Positions 40,872 through 49,804 of a stretch of 64,000 nt of DNA are shown here, one piece after another. Position 1 is the first letter of the stretch. Every line of letters starts with the position of its first letter. The DNA is from Candidatus Latescibacterota bacterium (GTDB lineage Bacteria; Latescibacterota; UBA2968; UBA8231), in NCBI GenBank assembly GCA_963422735.1, contig OY730476.1, positions 352,001-416,000 of the forward strand. The letters are read 5' to 3'. A program made the position numbers and the translations under genes. The notes beneath the pieces are model-generated. The model was given only the letters and a program-made list of their open reading frames with translations. It searched no databases and was not told the origin of the DNA.

Positions 40872-41927
40872 TCAGGCCGCCCGAGCCGGATGCCGCCGCA
40901 GCAAGGCTTCTATCTCGGCCAGCTCGTCGGGCGATACCTCTCCGTACCGCTCGTGCAGATGCAACAGGTCGCGCAAGACTAATTCGGCGGGCATGAGCGG
41001 ATCGGGCCAAATGCCCGCCCGCCACAGTTCGATCAACCACAGCTTGGGGTCGCCGTTTTCCCGTACCATATAGTCGATGGCTTGTTCCCGGGTGCGCTGC
41101 TCGGCGGCGAGTCTGCACGGATCGGAAAACTCGTGATAGTGGTACAAGTGATACGTCAGGGCGTGGCGGGCAAAGCCCGGACCGACGCCGACGCGCTGCA
41201 ACCGATAGGCCAAATCCCATCCCTCGGAAAATGGAATGTCCGCCGCAAAGCCGCCCACCGCGCCGAAGGCTTGGCGTGGCACCGCGCTGTTGTGCGGATA
41301 GAAACCGAGAAAGCCCAGTGGCGAATCCGGATGCGCCGCGAACAGTGCCGCGACCTGATCTTGCATGGTCTTCAGTTCGTCAAAGGGATAGCCGCCTTCT
41401 TGAGCACGGGCGTGGATGCCGGCAAAGTCGTGGCGGATTTGGTCTTCGGTGATCAGCACCTGCTCTCGATGGAGCCGCAGGAAGTCGGCTAAGACGCTCG
41501 GGGTGCGCTCGGGGTCAAAGATGGCCTGCTGCGGGTCGGGCAGATACTCGAGGAGGGGCAGGCTATACAGGAAGCCGCACACATAGCGCTGGCGTCCTCC
41601 GCGCTCCCATTCCGCCCAAAGGTGCTCCAACCAACCGGGATGCGGCAAGGCGTCGCCGTCGAGAAAGGCCACCAACTGGCCTCGCGCCTGTTCGACGCCG
41701 GCATTGCGTGCTAAGCAGCGACCCACGTTGGGACGCATCGGCACCACGTGTACGTCTGGATATTCAGCGGCTAGCATGGCGTCCGTACCATCGGTGCAGC
41801 CATCGTCAACGACGATGATCTCAAAACGCTCCTTGGGAAAATGCTGGCCGGCCAAGCCACACAACACCAAGCGCAGGCGCGCCCGCTGGTTGTGGGTGGC
41901 AATGACGACGGAAGTATCGAGGCTCAT
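40872..41927 (-). CDS. Glycosyltransferase family 2
   Basis: SVVIATHN, VVDDGCTD, ARNAG, FLDGD; paralog of 2196-3239. Confidence 0.9.
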   Translation of the reverse strand: MSLDTSVVIATHNQRARLRLVLCGLAGQHFPKERFEIIVVDDGCTDGTDAMLAAEYPDVHVVPMRPNVGRCLARNAGVEQARGQLVAFLDGDALPHPGWLEHLWAEWERGGRQRYVCGFLYSLPLLEYLPDPQQAIFDPERTPSVLADFLRLHREQVLITEDQIRHDFAGIHARAQEGGYPFDELKTMQDQVAALFAAHPDSPLGFLGFYPHNSAVPRQAFGAVGGFAADIPFSEGWDLAYRLQRVGVGPGFARHALTYHLYHYHEFSDPCRLAAEQRTREQAIDYMVRENGDPKLWLIELWRAGIWPDPLMPAELVLRDLLHLHERYGEVSPDELAEIEALLRRHPARAA

Positions 41928-41942
41928 GAGATTCTCCTTTGA

Positions 41943-42077
41943 TTAGTGGTTAGTGGTTAGTGGCCGGTGGTCAGGGGTCAGGGGTTAGTCCCCCGCAACC
42001 CCACCTGGAGTGTGGGGTCTGATCACCGGCCACTGATCACCGGCCACTGATCACCGGCCACTGATCACCGGCCACTG
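41943..42077. repeat. Heptamer-based tandem/inverted repeat tract
   Basis: (TTAGTGG)n at 41943-41963 and (CTGATCACCGGCCA)x4 at 42019-42074. The two arms are partly reverse-complementary. Confidence 0.8.
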
Positions 42078-42079
42078 CC

Positions 42080-44590
42080 TCACTGGCATTCAAGGGTCAA
42101 ATGGCATTCGTAGTGCAATCCTTCGGGTATGGTTAGCTGCCGGTTGGGTTCGGTCGCGGCGTTGGGGTTGGGCACCATGAGCTGGGGAATGTCCACGACT
42201 GACTTGGAGCACATTACCCGGTGGCAGTCTATGTGGCCAAAGTAGTAATCGATAAACGCCTCGCTGTGTCTCTCAATGCGCTGGCGCAGCAGGGGGTCGG
42301 TGACGTTGTCCGCGGTCATGGCCTGACGGCTCAGGGCGATGCCGTGAAATTCCACTGGAAACCAACCGGTCGCGCTCGTATATAGCTCCACCCAAGTGTG
42401 GCCGAAGATAGGGGTGTCATACGTGCTAATGCCATAGCGATCCGGTCCTTGCGGTGCTACGACCAAGCCGCCGTTCACCTCGCGGGCGGGAATGTCCAGC
42501 AGGCGGCACAGTGCCATATAGGTGCGGCTCAAGGTAATGCAGTGGCCGCTGTCTTCGCGGAGCGTCATGGACGTACTACAGGCTAGGCACTGGCACTTTT
42601 CGTTGGTTTTCTGGAAACGCTTGCTGCGCGAAAGGCCCTCGTACAGGCGGCGGGCCTTATCGACCTCGCTTAGGCCCGGTTCGTCGAGCTGCAAATCGGC
42701 GAGGAAGTCGCGCACCAGACGCGACCGGCTCAGGGAGTCTTCTATTTGGGTGTAGTGGCGGTGTTCGCTAGGCGTCAGCGGCGCAGGAACGCGCCCGGCC
42801 ATGGGTAGGTTATGCACCTCGACTTCGCAGGAATACGAGAATTCTAGCGTCCTATCGGCTGGCTCAATAGAGCAGGGATAGGCGTAGAAAAAGCCGGCGT
42901 GGGGTGCCAGATAGGGACGCAATTGGCTCGGATTGCAGGCGATCAGCTCGACGACTGGCTGCTGGGAAAGGTGCAGTGGATAGGGCAAAAATAGCCGCGC
43001 CGACCCGCTGCTCGCGCAAGAGGTTACATGCGCCTTGTAGGTATAGGTCACTCGGTAGCGCTGGCTAGATTGGCGCACCTTTAGCCTGCCGTTGCAAAGC
43101 GCGAGAAAAGGCGCTCGCATCTGTTCCCGCATTTGGTAATCCAGCTCGAAGAAGCGCGGCTCGTGATCGTAGAGCCAGTTCCACGAACTCCGCTTGTTGT
43201 ACCACACCAACCGCCCCTGACGCACGTGAGGTATGCCCCGCTGGCGCGCCTCGGCGAGCAGGGCGCGGAGGGTCGGCAGGGGAGCGGGGCCGGTCAGGGG
43301 GTAGAGATGGCGGATAAATTCGTCCTCTAACACCATGTTGTCTTGCTCAATCGGGTCGTTGTGATAGAGCATCTTATCGATTACATCCGCGGCGATGTCC
43401 CCGCCTTTATAGGCGGATAGGTGCTTGACAAAGGCGGCACAGCGGGTGCTGAATTCTTCGTAGTGGTCGAACAGGTAGCGCACTTGCTCGGCTAGGTCTT
43501 CGGCTTGGGCCAGGCACTGGCGCGGCAGTTTCAGGCCCAGCCCCAAGTCGCGCACTCGGTTGAGGTGGTACTCTTGATCGAGATGTTCGGGTGCCCCTAG
43601 GATCGGTACTCCCTCGGCTAGCGCGTGGTAGATAGAGCCAATGCCGCCAACGCCGATAAAGAGCGCAGCGTGGCGCATGGCCAAGCGGGCAGGCAGATAT
43701 TCGACGATCCGCACGTTGGCCGACGGGGCTTCCGCTGCATAACGGCCGGCCGTGGTTACTAGCAAGCGAAAAGGCAAATGGGCAAATGTTTGGAGGATGG
43801 CTGGCAAAAAGTGGTCGTCAACGCCGGTGCTGCCGCAGTTGAAGTACACTAAGGGCAGCGAGGTATCCCAGCCCTCGTCGGCCAGTGCCGTAGGTGGTTC
43901 GTCGGCTGTTGGCTCGTCTTCGATGAGCGGGCCGATGTAGTAATAGGAAGGAGGCACTGGCCCGGCGGACGGATGGAATTGGGGTACATCGGCCAGCAGG
44001 AATGCGCTGCGGTGAGGCCGCTGCTGGGCGAAGTGTTCGGCTAGGTATTCGTCCAAGCAGCCGGCTTGCATCGGGAAGTAATCGGGCAGGCGAATGGGGC
44101 TGGAATAGGCGGGCAGGTTGTACGCCGCGTCTATAAAGGCAATGTCGATGCCTTCCAAAGCGGCTGTTAGCCGCAACGTGGGGCGCAAATCGGCGATGAG
44201 CAAGGAGGGCTGCACTTGGCGCACGAGTGCTTGCTCCGCCTCGATGCAGCGCCGGATCCATTCGTCGTTGTAATATTCGTACTCGCCCCGCGCTAGGTGC
44301 TCGTCCATGCGCTGTTGCGGCATAGTTTCGACGTCGTAGAGCGGGAAGCCTTCGGCTGCAATGCGCTGGGCGTGCGGCCCTCGTCCGGCGAAGAGGACCT
44401 CGTATCCGCGCTGGCGCAGCGCACGCGCCACTACGAGCGGGCGGATGGTGTGGGCCAAGCTATAGCCGTGAAAGAAGACGAGGAGGCGATGCTGGTCGCG
44501 CTGGAGGGTGGCCTCTTGCTCCATTTTGGCCAGAAAGGCGTTCCAAACGGTGAACCAAGCCCCAAACTTTTTGTTGAGTTGTGCTAACAT
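42080..44590 (-). CDS. GT1-like glycosyltransferase + transglutaminase-like fusion
   Basis: N-terminal GYSLAHTIR..GYEV.FAG, LIADLR, YLP..GGIGS..ALAEGVP..HLDQE; C-terminal CQCLAC, GHCITL, IPAREV, GHTW, GWFPVEFHG. Confidence 0.85.
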   Translation of the reverse strand: MLAQLNKKFGAWFTVWNAFLAKMEQEATLQRDQHRLLVFFHGYSLAHTIRPLVVARALRQRGYEVLFAGRGPHAQRIAAEGFPLYDVETMPQQRMDEHLARGEYEYYNDEWIRRCIEAEQALVRQVQPSLLIADLRPTLRLTAALEGIDIAFIDAAYNLPAYSSPIRLPDYFPMQAGCLDEYLAEHFAQQRPHRSAFLLADVPQFHPSAGPVPPSYYYIGPLIEDEPTADEPPTALADEGWDTSLPLVYFNCGSTGVDDHFLPAILQTFAHLPFRLLVTTAGRYAAEAPSANVRIVEYLPARLAMRHAALFIGVGGIGSIYHALAEGVPILGAPEHLDQEYHLNRVRDLGLGLKLPRQCLAQAEDLAEQVRYLFDHYEEFSTRCAAFVKHLSAYKGGDIAADVIDKMLYHNDPIEQDNMVLEDEFIRHLYPLTGPAPLPTLRALLAEARQRGIPHVRQGRLVWYNKRSSWNWLYDHEPRFFELDYQMREQMRAPFLALCNGRLKVRQSSQRYRVTYTYKAHVTSCASSGSARLFLPYPLHLSQQPVVELIACNPSQLRPYLAPHAGFFYAYPCSIEPADRTLEFSYSCEVEVHNLPMAGRVPAPLTPSEHRHYTQIEDSLSRSRLVRDFLADLQLDEPGLSEVDKARRLYEGLSRSKRFQKTNEKCQCLACSTSMTLREDSGHCITLSRTYMALCRLLDIPAREVNGGLVVAPQGPDRYGISTYDTPIFGHTWVELYTSATGWFPVEFHGIALSRQAMTADNVTDPLLRQRIERHSEAFIDYYFGHIDCHRVMCSKSVVDIPQLMVPNPNAATEPNRQLTIPEGLHYECHLTLECQ

Positions 44591-44659
44591 GGCTCTCTAC
44601 TTTCGCAAAGTTTTGAACACAGCGGCGATCATGACGGACTCTTGGGGCATAAAGGCTTC

Positions 44660-45457
44660 TTACATGCCCAACAGAAACATGTGTGTTTGCGGTACGCCAG
44701 TACTGAAAAAGGCTTCTACGTGTCGCCACACGGCCCGCTCTTTGTCCCACACGAGCCGAAAGAAGGACGGAGTTCGTCCTGGCGTCTCAAATGTGGCGAA
44801 CTCCTCTGGCTCTTCGACGATGAACATGATGTCGGCGAAGACCATCTGCTCGCCTCCCGCTAGGCGCGTTTCAATTTCTTCGCGCAATGGGGGCGTTATA
44901 GTGGTGCAGCCCTTGGGAAGCATACCGTGGGTTTGGGCGTAGGACTGATAGCTATCGTACTGTTTCTGCATGTAGAATACCCTGAACTCGCTATCGAAAA
45001 AAAATGCGTTTGCAAAAAAGTAGTCGCAGTCTAGATCCGCGAGTGTTTTTTGATATTCGGCTTTGACCTTTTCAAATAATTCTGGAATGCCACGCTTTAT
45101 CTTTAAGTCCGGGTTTTTAATCCTTTCACGTAGATAGAAGGTGGCAGCTAGACTATCGTTGCCCGAAGCTGAAAAGGCGACCAGCAAGTCGTAGAGCCAG
45201 TCGCGTAGCCCCGCTTCTTGTTCGAGATCAATAGCCGTCCCCAGATCAATGGGCACGGCTTCTACGGCTTGCCGCAATTGGGGGCCATCTTCAACCGTCA
45301 TCATCTCTTGGCCGTGAATGTAGTCGTAGAAGACTTGAATACTGTCGGGGGAAAAGCCGCCGTATTGGCTTTTCGTCTCGGCGGCGACCCTGCCGGGGCA
45401 GTACAGCCAAGCTGCGGCAAAGGCCAAGCACAGGGTGCGAACTGCGAGCGTTTTCAT
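44660..45457 (-). CDS. Uncharacterised ~290-aa secreted family member
   Basis: Start MKTLAVRTL after AAGGAG; same family motifs as 37599-38417. Confidence 0.75.
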   Translation of the reverse strand: MKTLAVRTLCLAFAAAWLYCPGRVAAETKSQYGGFSPDSIQVFYDYIHGQEMMTVEDGPQLRQAVEAVPIDLGTAIDLEQEAGLRDWLYDLLVAFSASGNDSLAATFYLRERIKNPDLKIKRGIPELFEKVKAEYQKTLADLDCDYFFANAFFFDSEFRVFYMQKQYDSYQSYAQTHGMLPKGCTTITPPLREEIETRLAGGEQMVFADIMFIVEEPEEFATFETPGRTPSFFRLVWDKERAVWRHVEAFFSTGVPQTHMFLLGM

Positions 45458-45537
45458 CTGCATTCTCCTTGTGATAGACGGCAGGGGCCGTCGGGTGTCT
45501 GCTTCGTTTGCAGCGGGTTGTCTTTGGAGATAGATAT

Positions 45538-45553
45538 GCAATAAGCGTACCAA
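45538..45553 (-). promoter_or_regulatory. Sigma-54 promoter
   Basis: TTGGTACGCTTATTGC. Confidence 0.75.
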
Positions 45554-45664
45554 CAGGATGCTAATTGCTCGTTGATATTGTTTAAGTATTTATTAAACAA
45601 TATCTTAGGGGAAAAAACAGCAGGTGCTCGGCTGCGTAGTAGATGCGGTTTTGCAACCTATCGG

Positions 45665-45702
45665 TGCGCTAAGATATCGCAGTCCTGCGATATCTTAGCG
45701 CA
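45665..45702. promoter_or_regulatory. Putative bEBP enhancer, two mutually inverted TGCG-N9-CGCA sites
   Basis: TGCGCTAAGATATCGCA-gtcc-TGCGATATCTTAGCGCA (21-bp period). Confidence 0.75.
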
Positions 45703-45817
45703 CTTGGGGCTATACGGATCGGCTGGGATGTGAGCGGTTCGTAAAAAGGAGAAGATGACGGAGGCGATGACAGTAAGGCGACCGGCTGATCGCCTCTGCG
45801 ATAGATTTGGTTGCCTC

Positions 45818-47278
45818 TTAGATCACGCTGCTGCGCAGCCACGCCCTATAGGCGATCATGTACGTGACGACGGCAAAAAAATACAGGCCGATGACATCGA
45901 CGCGGGCTTGGCCGATAAGGGTGGCCATCGACAGGTCTTCGCGGAAGACGGGGAGGCTCTCGACAGAGACTTTGCGCTTGGACATGGCTTGAGGGACCGG
46001 AAACAAGTGCATGCTTTTGGGGTCTTCGCGGTCGAGGGTGATGATGGTTTGTTCGTAGAGCTGGGCGTAGGTGCGTACCTGTTCGATAAAACTCTTGTGG
46101 CGCGCTAGTCCAGTGCCGGCGAGGGCTTCGATGCTGTGCTGGAAGCAGCCCATTGGCGACAAGCGCACGAGGTTGCGGGCGAATTCAGCTTGGTTGAGTT
46201 GATCGGCCAGTATGCCGTCCTCAGCTTGCTGTACAGCGCGGCGGTCGGCGCGGATGGCCTCGGCAAGTGGCTGCACCTTTTCGGGATTTTTCAGATTGCG
46301 TCTGTTCAACTCGGCCGCGAGATGGTGCATTTTAATCGAGGTCGGCGATTCCATCACTATATTGTCCTTTTTATAAATCACTGGCGTCGCACTCTGACTT
46401 TTGTTTTGCAACAGACGGGCTGCCAAAGTGCCGCCGGTTTGCGGCCAGATTAGGGTAGTGCAAGTCCACAGCAAGAGGACGCTCACCAAACTGGCGCGGG
46501 CACTGCTGCTGCGGGCGGATATCCACAGCCCCAGCGACACAAAGATGCTCAAATAGAGCAGGGCTAGTCCCACCATTCCGATCAACTTCACGGTCTCGCC
46601 TGCGCCCAAATTTGCCTCGGAAAGCGATAGTACGATCAGCAAGTTGACGACCACGCCGAGGACCATCACCAAGGTCAGAACGAGCATGGCCCCCAAGAAC
46701 TTGCCCAGCAGCAAGGTGTGGCGCGGCAGGCTTTGGGCCATGACCAGTTTGAGGGTGCCGCGCTCTTTTTCGCCGACGATGGCTTCAAAGGTAAATAACA
46801 GGGCCACCCAGCTGAGGACGACGCCGATTATGAAAACCCAGTCAATGGCTTGGACCGACAAGAGCTGCTGAGCGGTGCGCCTCAGCGAATCTTGGAAGGA
46901 GTGAGAAACCAAGAAGGAGAGAACCCACATACCATAGATCTCAATTTTGTATGTGGCCTTTACCGGGTTGTACGCCCCGACGCGGTTGGGCAAGGCGTGG
47001 TCGGCCTCGGCCGCGCAAAACATCAGTTGGCTAGGCTTTTTGTGCAGATCGCCCGGCCCCCTGACAGCGAGTTGCCACAGCCTATCGGCGTCGGCGCGTA
47101 GGGTCTCTTGTCTCGCTTGCACCCTTTCGAGGTAGCGGTCGCGCTTGTACGGATAAGTGCCACCAGCAAAGCCGAGGGCGTTGAGCACCATCAGTATCAC
47201 CACCAGCACTAAGGCGAAGCCGAAGCGCAAGCTAAAGAGATGATCGAGGCACTCCCGTTTTACAATGGCGGTCAACAC
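45818..47278 (-). CDS. ABC-2 type permease (type B, copy 2)
   Basis: IVKRECLDHL..GEKERGTLKLV. Confidence 0.85.
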   Translation of the reverse strand: MLTAIVKRECLDHLFSLRFGFALVLVVILMVLNALGFAGGTYPYKRDRYLERVQARQETLRADADRLWQLAVRGPGDLHKKPSQLMFCAAEADHALPNRVGAYNPVKATYKIEIYGMWVLSFLVSHSFQDSLRRTAQQLLSVQAIDWVFIIGVVLSWVALLFTFEAIVGEKERGTLKLVMAQSLPRHTLLLGKFLGAMLVLTLVMVLGVVVNLLIVLSLSEANLGAGETVKLIGMVGLALLYLSIFVSLGLWISARSSSARASLVSVLLLWTCTTLIWPQTGGTLAARLLQNKSQSATPVIYKKDNIVMESPTSIKMHHLAAELNRRNLKNPEKVQPLAEAIRADRRAVQQAEDGILADQLNQAEFARNLVRLSPMGCFQHSIEALAGTGLARHKSFIEQVRTYAQLYEQTIITLDREDPKSMHLFPVPQAMSKRKVSVESLPVFREDLSMATLIGQARVDVIGLYFFAVVTYMIAYRAWLRSSVI

Positions 47279-47290
47279 GGCGTTTTCTCC

Positions 47291-48853
47291 TTATGCGACG
47301 TTGTAACGGGCAAACAGGCGATTGGCAAGGACAAACAGACCGGCGGCATACAACAGTAGGGCGACGAGGGCTGGCAAGCTCTGGTGCAAACGCTGGTAGG
47401 AGGTGGCCTGTCGCTCTTGGAAGAGGGGCATGTCGCTGAGGTCGGCTTCCCATCCCAAGTCGTCGTTGAAGTACGTGCGGCTGCCAAAGGCGTCAAGGTC
47501 TTGGAGATATTCGAGGATCTGGCGGCGATAGTCGCGCACCTGCTCGATGAAGCCGTAGAATTCCTCTTGGCTGGTGCCGGCGATGGCACTGGCGGCTTGG
47601 GCGTAGGCCCCGGCAGGGAAGAGGCGTTGGAGTTGGGTGTTTTGGCGTTCTAAGCGTTGCGGGAAGGTTTCGACAAGGGAGACTTGGGCGTTCCACGCAC
47701 GTTGAGCGTATTGCAGGCGCAGTTGCTCGCCGGTGCGGAAGATGTCTTGGAAAATAGCTAATCCGGGCGTGTCGGCGATGCTGTTTATATATAATTCGGG
47801 CTTTGATCCTCTATCTAAGAACATGACCAGTCCAGAATTGGGATCGTCCGGCCGGACTCGCTCGATCAGGTCGAAGGGTGGGTATCTCCGCTGGCCGTGG
47901 GCGCGCACCAGATCTCGCAGGACTTGGTCTAACTCGTCCCACACTTGGGCCGCTCGAGCGTCGGCTTGGTCGTTTTTCTCGTTCATGTTGGCTCGCTCGT
48001 TGAGCAGAGCGGCGATAGTGTTGGGCAGCACGATGACCAGCAAGGCCCACAAAAAGAGCGCGCACACCAAACTGGTCGCCGAGCGGTCAGTGGCACACGA
48101 GACGACCAGCCCGATCAGATAGAGCACCGTCAGATACAAAAGCGAGAGCAGGAACAGGACGCCCATGCCCCACCATTCGGCGATGTCTACGTCTGCACCG
48201 TCCGTGCCCAAGAGGATGATCATGAGGATGATAAAGCCCAAGGCCGTGGAAATGGCCAGCATCGTCATTCCACCCAAGAGCTTGCCGGCGAGGAGTTGGG
48301 CGCGGCTGATATGAGTCGTCAGGGTCAGCCGTAGGGTGCCGTCTTCCTTTTCTCGGGAGATGGTCTCGCTGGCCATGAGGATGGCCAACAGCCCTAACAC
48401 GAGCTGAAAGACATAGACCATGTCGTAGGTACTAAAGAGTGATAGAAAGCGGTTGTCCGAGTTGAAGGGATCGACTTGCTCGACGATGTGGGGCACTTCA
48501 AAGAGCAACACCGGCACGGCTTGCCCTAGGCGGGCTTCGTCGCCCTGGGCAAACAGCTCTAAGGGGCGGGGTGCCCGCAAGGCGCGGGGAGCGACTAGCT
48601 TCTTGTATCTTAGCTGATTGTCCCGACCCGACCGGTCTGTGTCGGCGGCCAACGCACCATAATAAGTGATGTCGCGTGGCTTTTGGGCTTCGATGGCCTT
48701 TTTGGTTTGGTAACTGGCCTCCTTTAAAGACCAGCTTTGGCTAGTGACCAAGCCGTTGGTGCTCATCAGCAGCACGGCCAAGGTGGTGCAGATGGCAAAT
48801 TGCCGACTGAGCAGGTGCGAGAGCAGTTCTTTCTTGAACACGACGGCGATCAC
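47291..48853 (-). CDS. ABC-2 type permease (type A, copy 2)
   Basis: GTG start at 48853 after AAAGGAG; VFKKELLSHL..EKEDGTLRL. Confidence 0.85.
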   Translation of the reverse strand: MIAVVFKKELLSHLLSRQFAICTTLAVLLMSTNGLVTSQSWSLKEASYQTKKAIEAQKPRDITYYGALAADTDRSGRDNQLRYKKLVAPRALRAPRPLELFAQGDEARLGQAVPVLLFEVPHIVEQVDPFNSDNRFLSLFSTYDMVYVFQLVLGLLAILMASETISREKEDGTLRLTLTTHISRAQLLAGKLLGGMTMLAISTALGFIILMIILLGTDGADVDIAEWWGMGVLFLLSLLYLTVLYLIGLVVSCATDRSATSLVCALFLWALLVIVLPNTIAALLNERANMNEKNDQADARAAQVWDELDQVLRDLVRAHGQRRYPPFDLIERVRPDDPNSGLVMFLDRGSKPELYINSIADTPGLAIFQDIFRTGEQLRLQYAQRAWNAQVSLVETFPQRLERQNTQLQRLFPAGAYAQAASAIAGTSQEEFYGFIEQVRDYRRQILEYLQDLDAFGSRTYFNDDLGWEADLSDMPLFQERQATSYQRLHQSLPALVALLLYAAGLFVLANRLFARYNVA

Positions 48854-48925
48854 GACGGACTCCTTTGGGATTTGTAGCGCGTTGCCTTTAGTGTGCCTGT
48901 TGCTGGGCAATAGGGCGAATGGGCT

Positions 48926-48967
48926 TTGAGAGGGGCGAGCGTCGGCTATACCACCCGCCCCTCTCAA
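48926..48967 (-). terminator. Stem-loop downstream of the peptide gene
   Basis: TTGAGAGGGGCG..CGCCCCTCTCAA, perfect 12-bp stem. Confidence 0.6.
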
Positions 48968-49006
48968 CCGGCAGATTAACCACCGTTAAAACGCACCAAC
49001 TCGACT

Positions 49007-49225
49007 CTATGCCGTGCAGGTAGCGACCCCATCAACGCACCCAGCACGGCACACGGGAGCCTCTATCTCGCAAGAGGTGACGACAGTTATCTGACTTCCG
49101 TCCGGCCGAGTAATTATCTTTGTGCACGTTCCAGAGGTGCAGATTGCCGCTTGCGCCTTCTGCGGCAGGAAACTGGCGACCAAGGCGGTGAGGCCAATGG
49201 CCATTCGGATGATGCGCGTCTTCAC
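49007..49225 (-). CDS. 6-Cys secreted peptide precursor P2 (72 aa)
   Basis: MKTRIIRMAIGLTALVASFLPQKAQA|AICTSGTCTKIITRPDGSQITVVTSCEIEAPVCRAGCVDGVATCTA; RBS AAGGAG. Confidence 0.9.
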   Translation of the reverse strand: MKTRIIRMAIGLTALVASFLPQKAQAAICTSGTCTKIITRPDGSQITVVTSCEIEAPVCRAGCVDGVATCTA

Positions 49226-49335
49226 GACGAGCTCCTTTTGTAAGATTGGCTGCGTGTTCTAGGAGGCGATCTCCGAGGTGGAGCACTGGCCGCTAGGCTG
49301 TTAAGGCCCAAGCCAGTTGAGACGATGTGCTTCAT
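49222..49335 (-). CDS. 37-aa upstream ORF resembling a degenerate leader copy (not in ORF track)
   Basis: RBS AAAGGAGGT; MKHIVSTGLGLNSLAASAPPRRSPPRTRSQSYKRSSS; its TGA overlaps the GTG of P2 (GTGA). Confidence 0.5.
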   Translation of the reverse strand: MKHIVSTGLGLNSLAASAPPRRSPPRTRSQSYKRSSS

Positions 49336-49398
49336 AAGCGTTACCTCCTTTCTGTTGCTGTGGATGAGTACAGGTTGTTGCTTCGGTAAGCATTAATA

Positions 49399-49414
49399 GC
49401 AATTACCGTGCCAA
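49399..49414 (-). promoter_or_regulatory. Sigma-54 promoter
   Basis: TTGGCACGGTAATTGC. Confidence 0.85.
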
Positions 49415-49557
49415 GGCGTAGCCAGCGGGCGATAATCGCGCCTATTTCTTTGATATATTGTTTATAAACATCTGTTATAAAACAATTTATAAAAAGTAAG
49501 CTGATTTTCTTGTCCGTCTCTCAGACTCTTTGCAAGACGCTCGCGATGCGCTAAAAA

Positions 49558-49595
49558 TGCGCTAATACATCGCACCCGTGAGTCGAATTATCGCA
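49558..49595. promoter_or_regulatory. Putative bEBP enhancer, 2 sites at 21-bp period
   Basis: TGCGCTAATACATCGCA and TGAGTCGAATTATCGCA. Confidence 0.7.
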
Positions 49596-49659
49596 CGTGG
49601 TTGAGGCGGAACGGACGGAATCGCAGCAGAGAATGTCTGCGCCGTGTTTTGGATGCGAT

Positions 49660-49791
49660 TCAGCAGCGCCGCGGCGTTTTGTGAGCCTCTTCGATGTCGA
49701 GCCGGATGCGCTGCTGTTCTTTAGTCAGAGTTTCGGCCGAGGCCGCGAAAGCCCACAGCAGCAGGCCTAAACCATAGAAGATGGAGCACAT
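49660..49791 (-). pseudogene. Truncated 5' remnant of the 33714-35225 gene
   Basis: MCSIFYGLGLLLWAFAASAETLTKEQQRIRLDIEEAH matches the first 37 aa of 33714-35225, then similarity stops. Confidence 0.85.
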
Positions 49792-49804
49792 GACGAACTC
49801 CTTT

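Noticed and set aside
42019-42074. 14-bp repeat x4 as a possible CRISPR
   Set aside because: Contiguous tandem repeat with no spacers.
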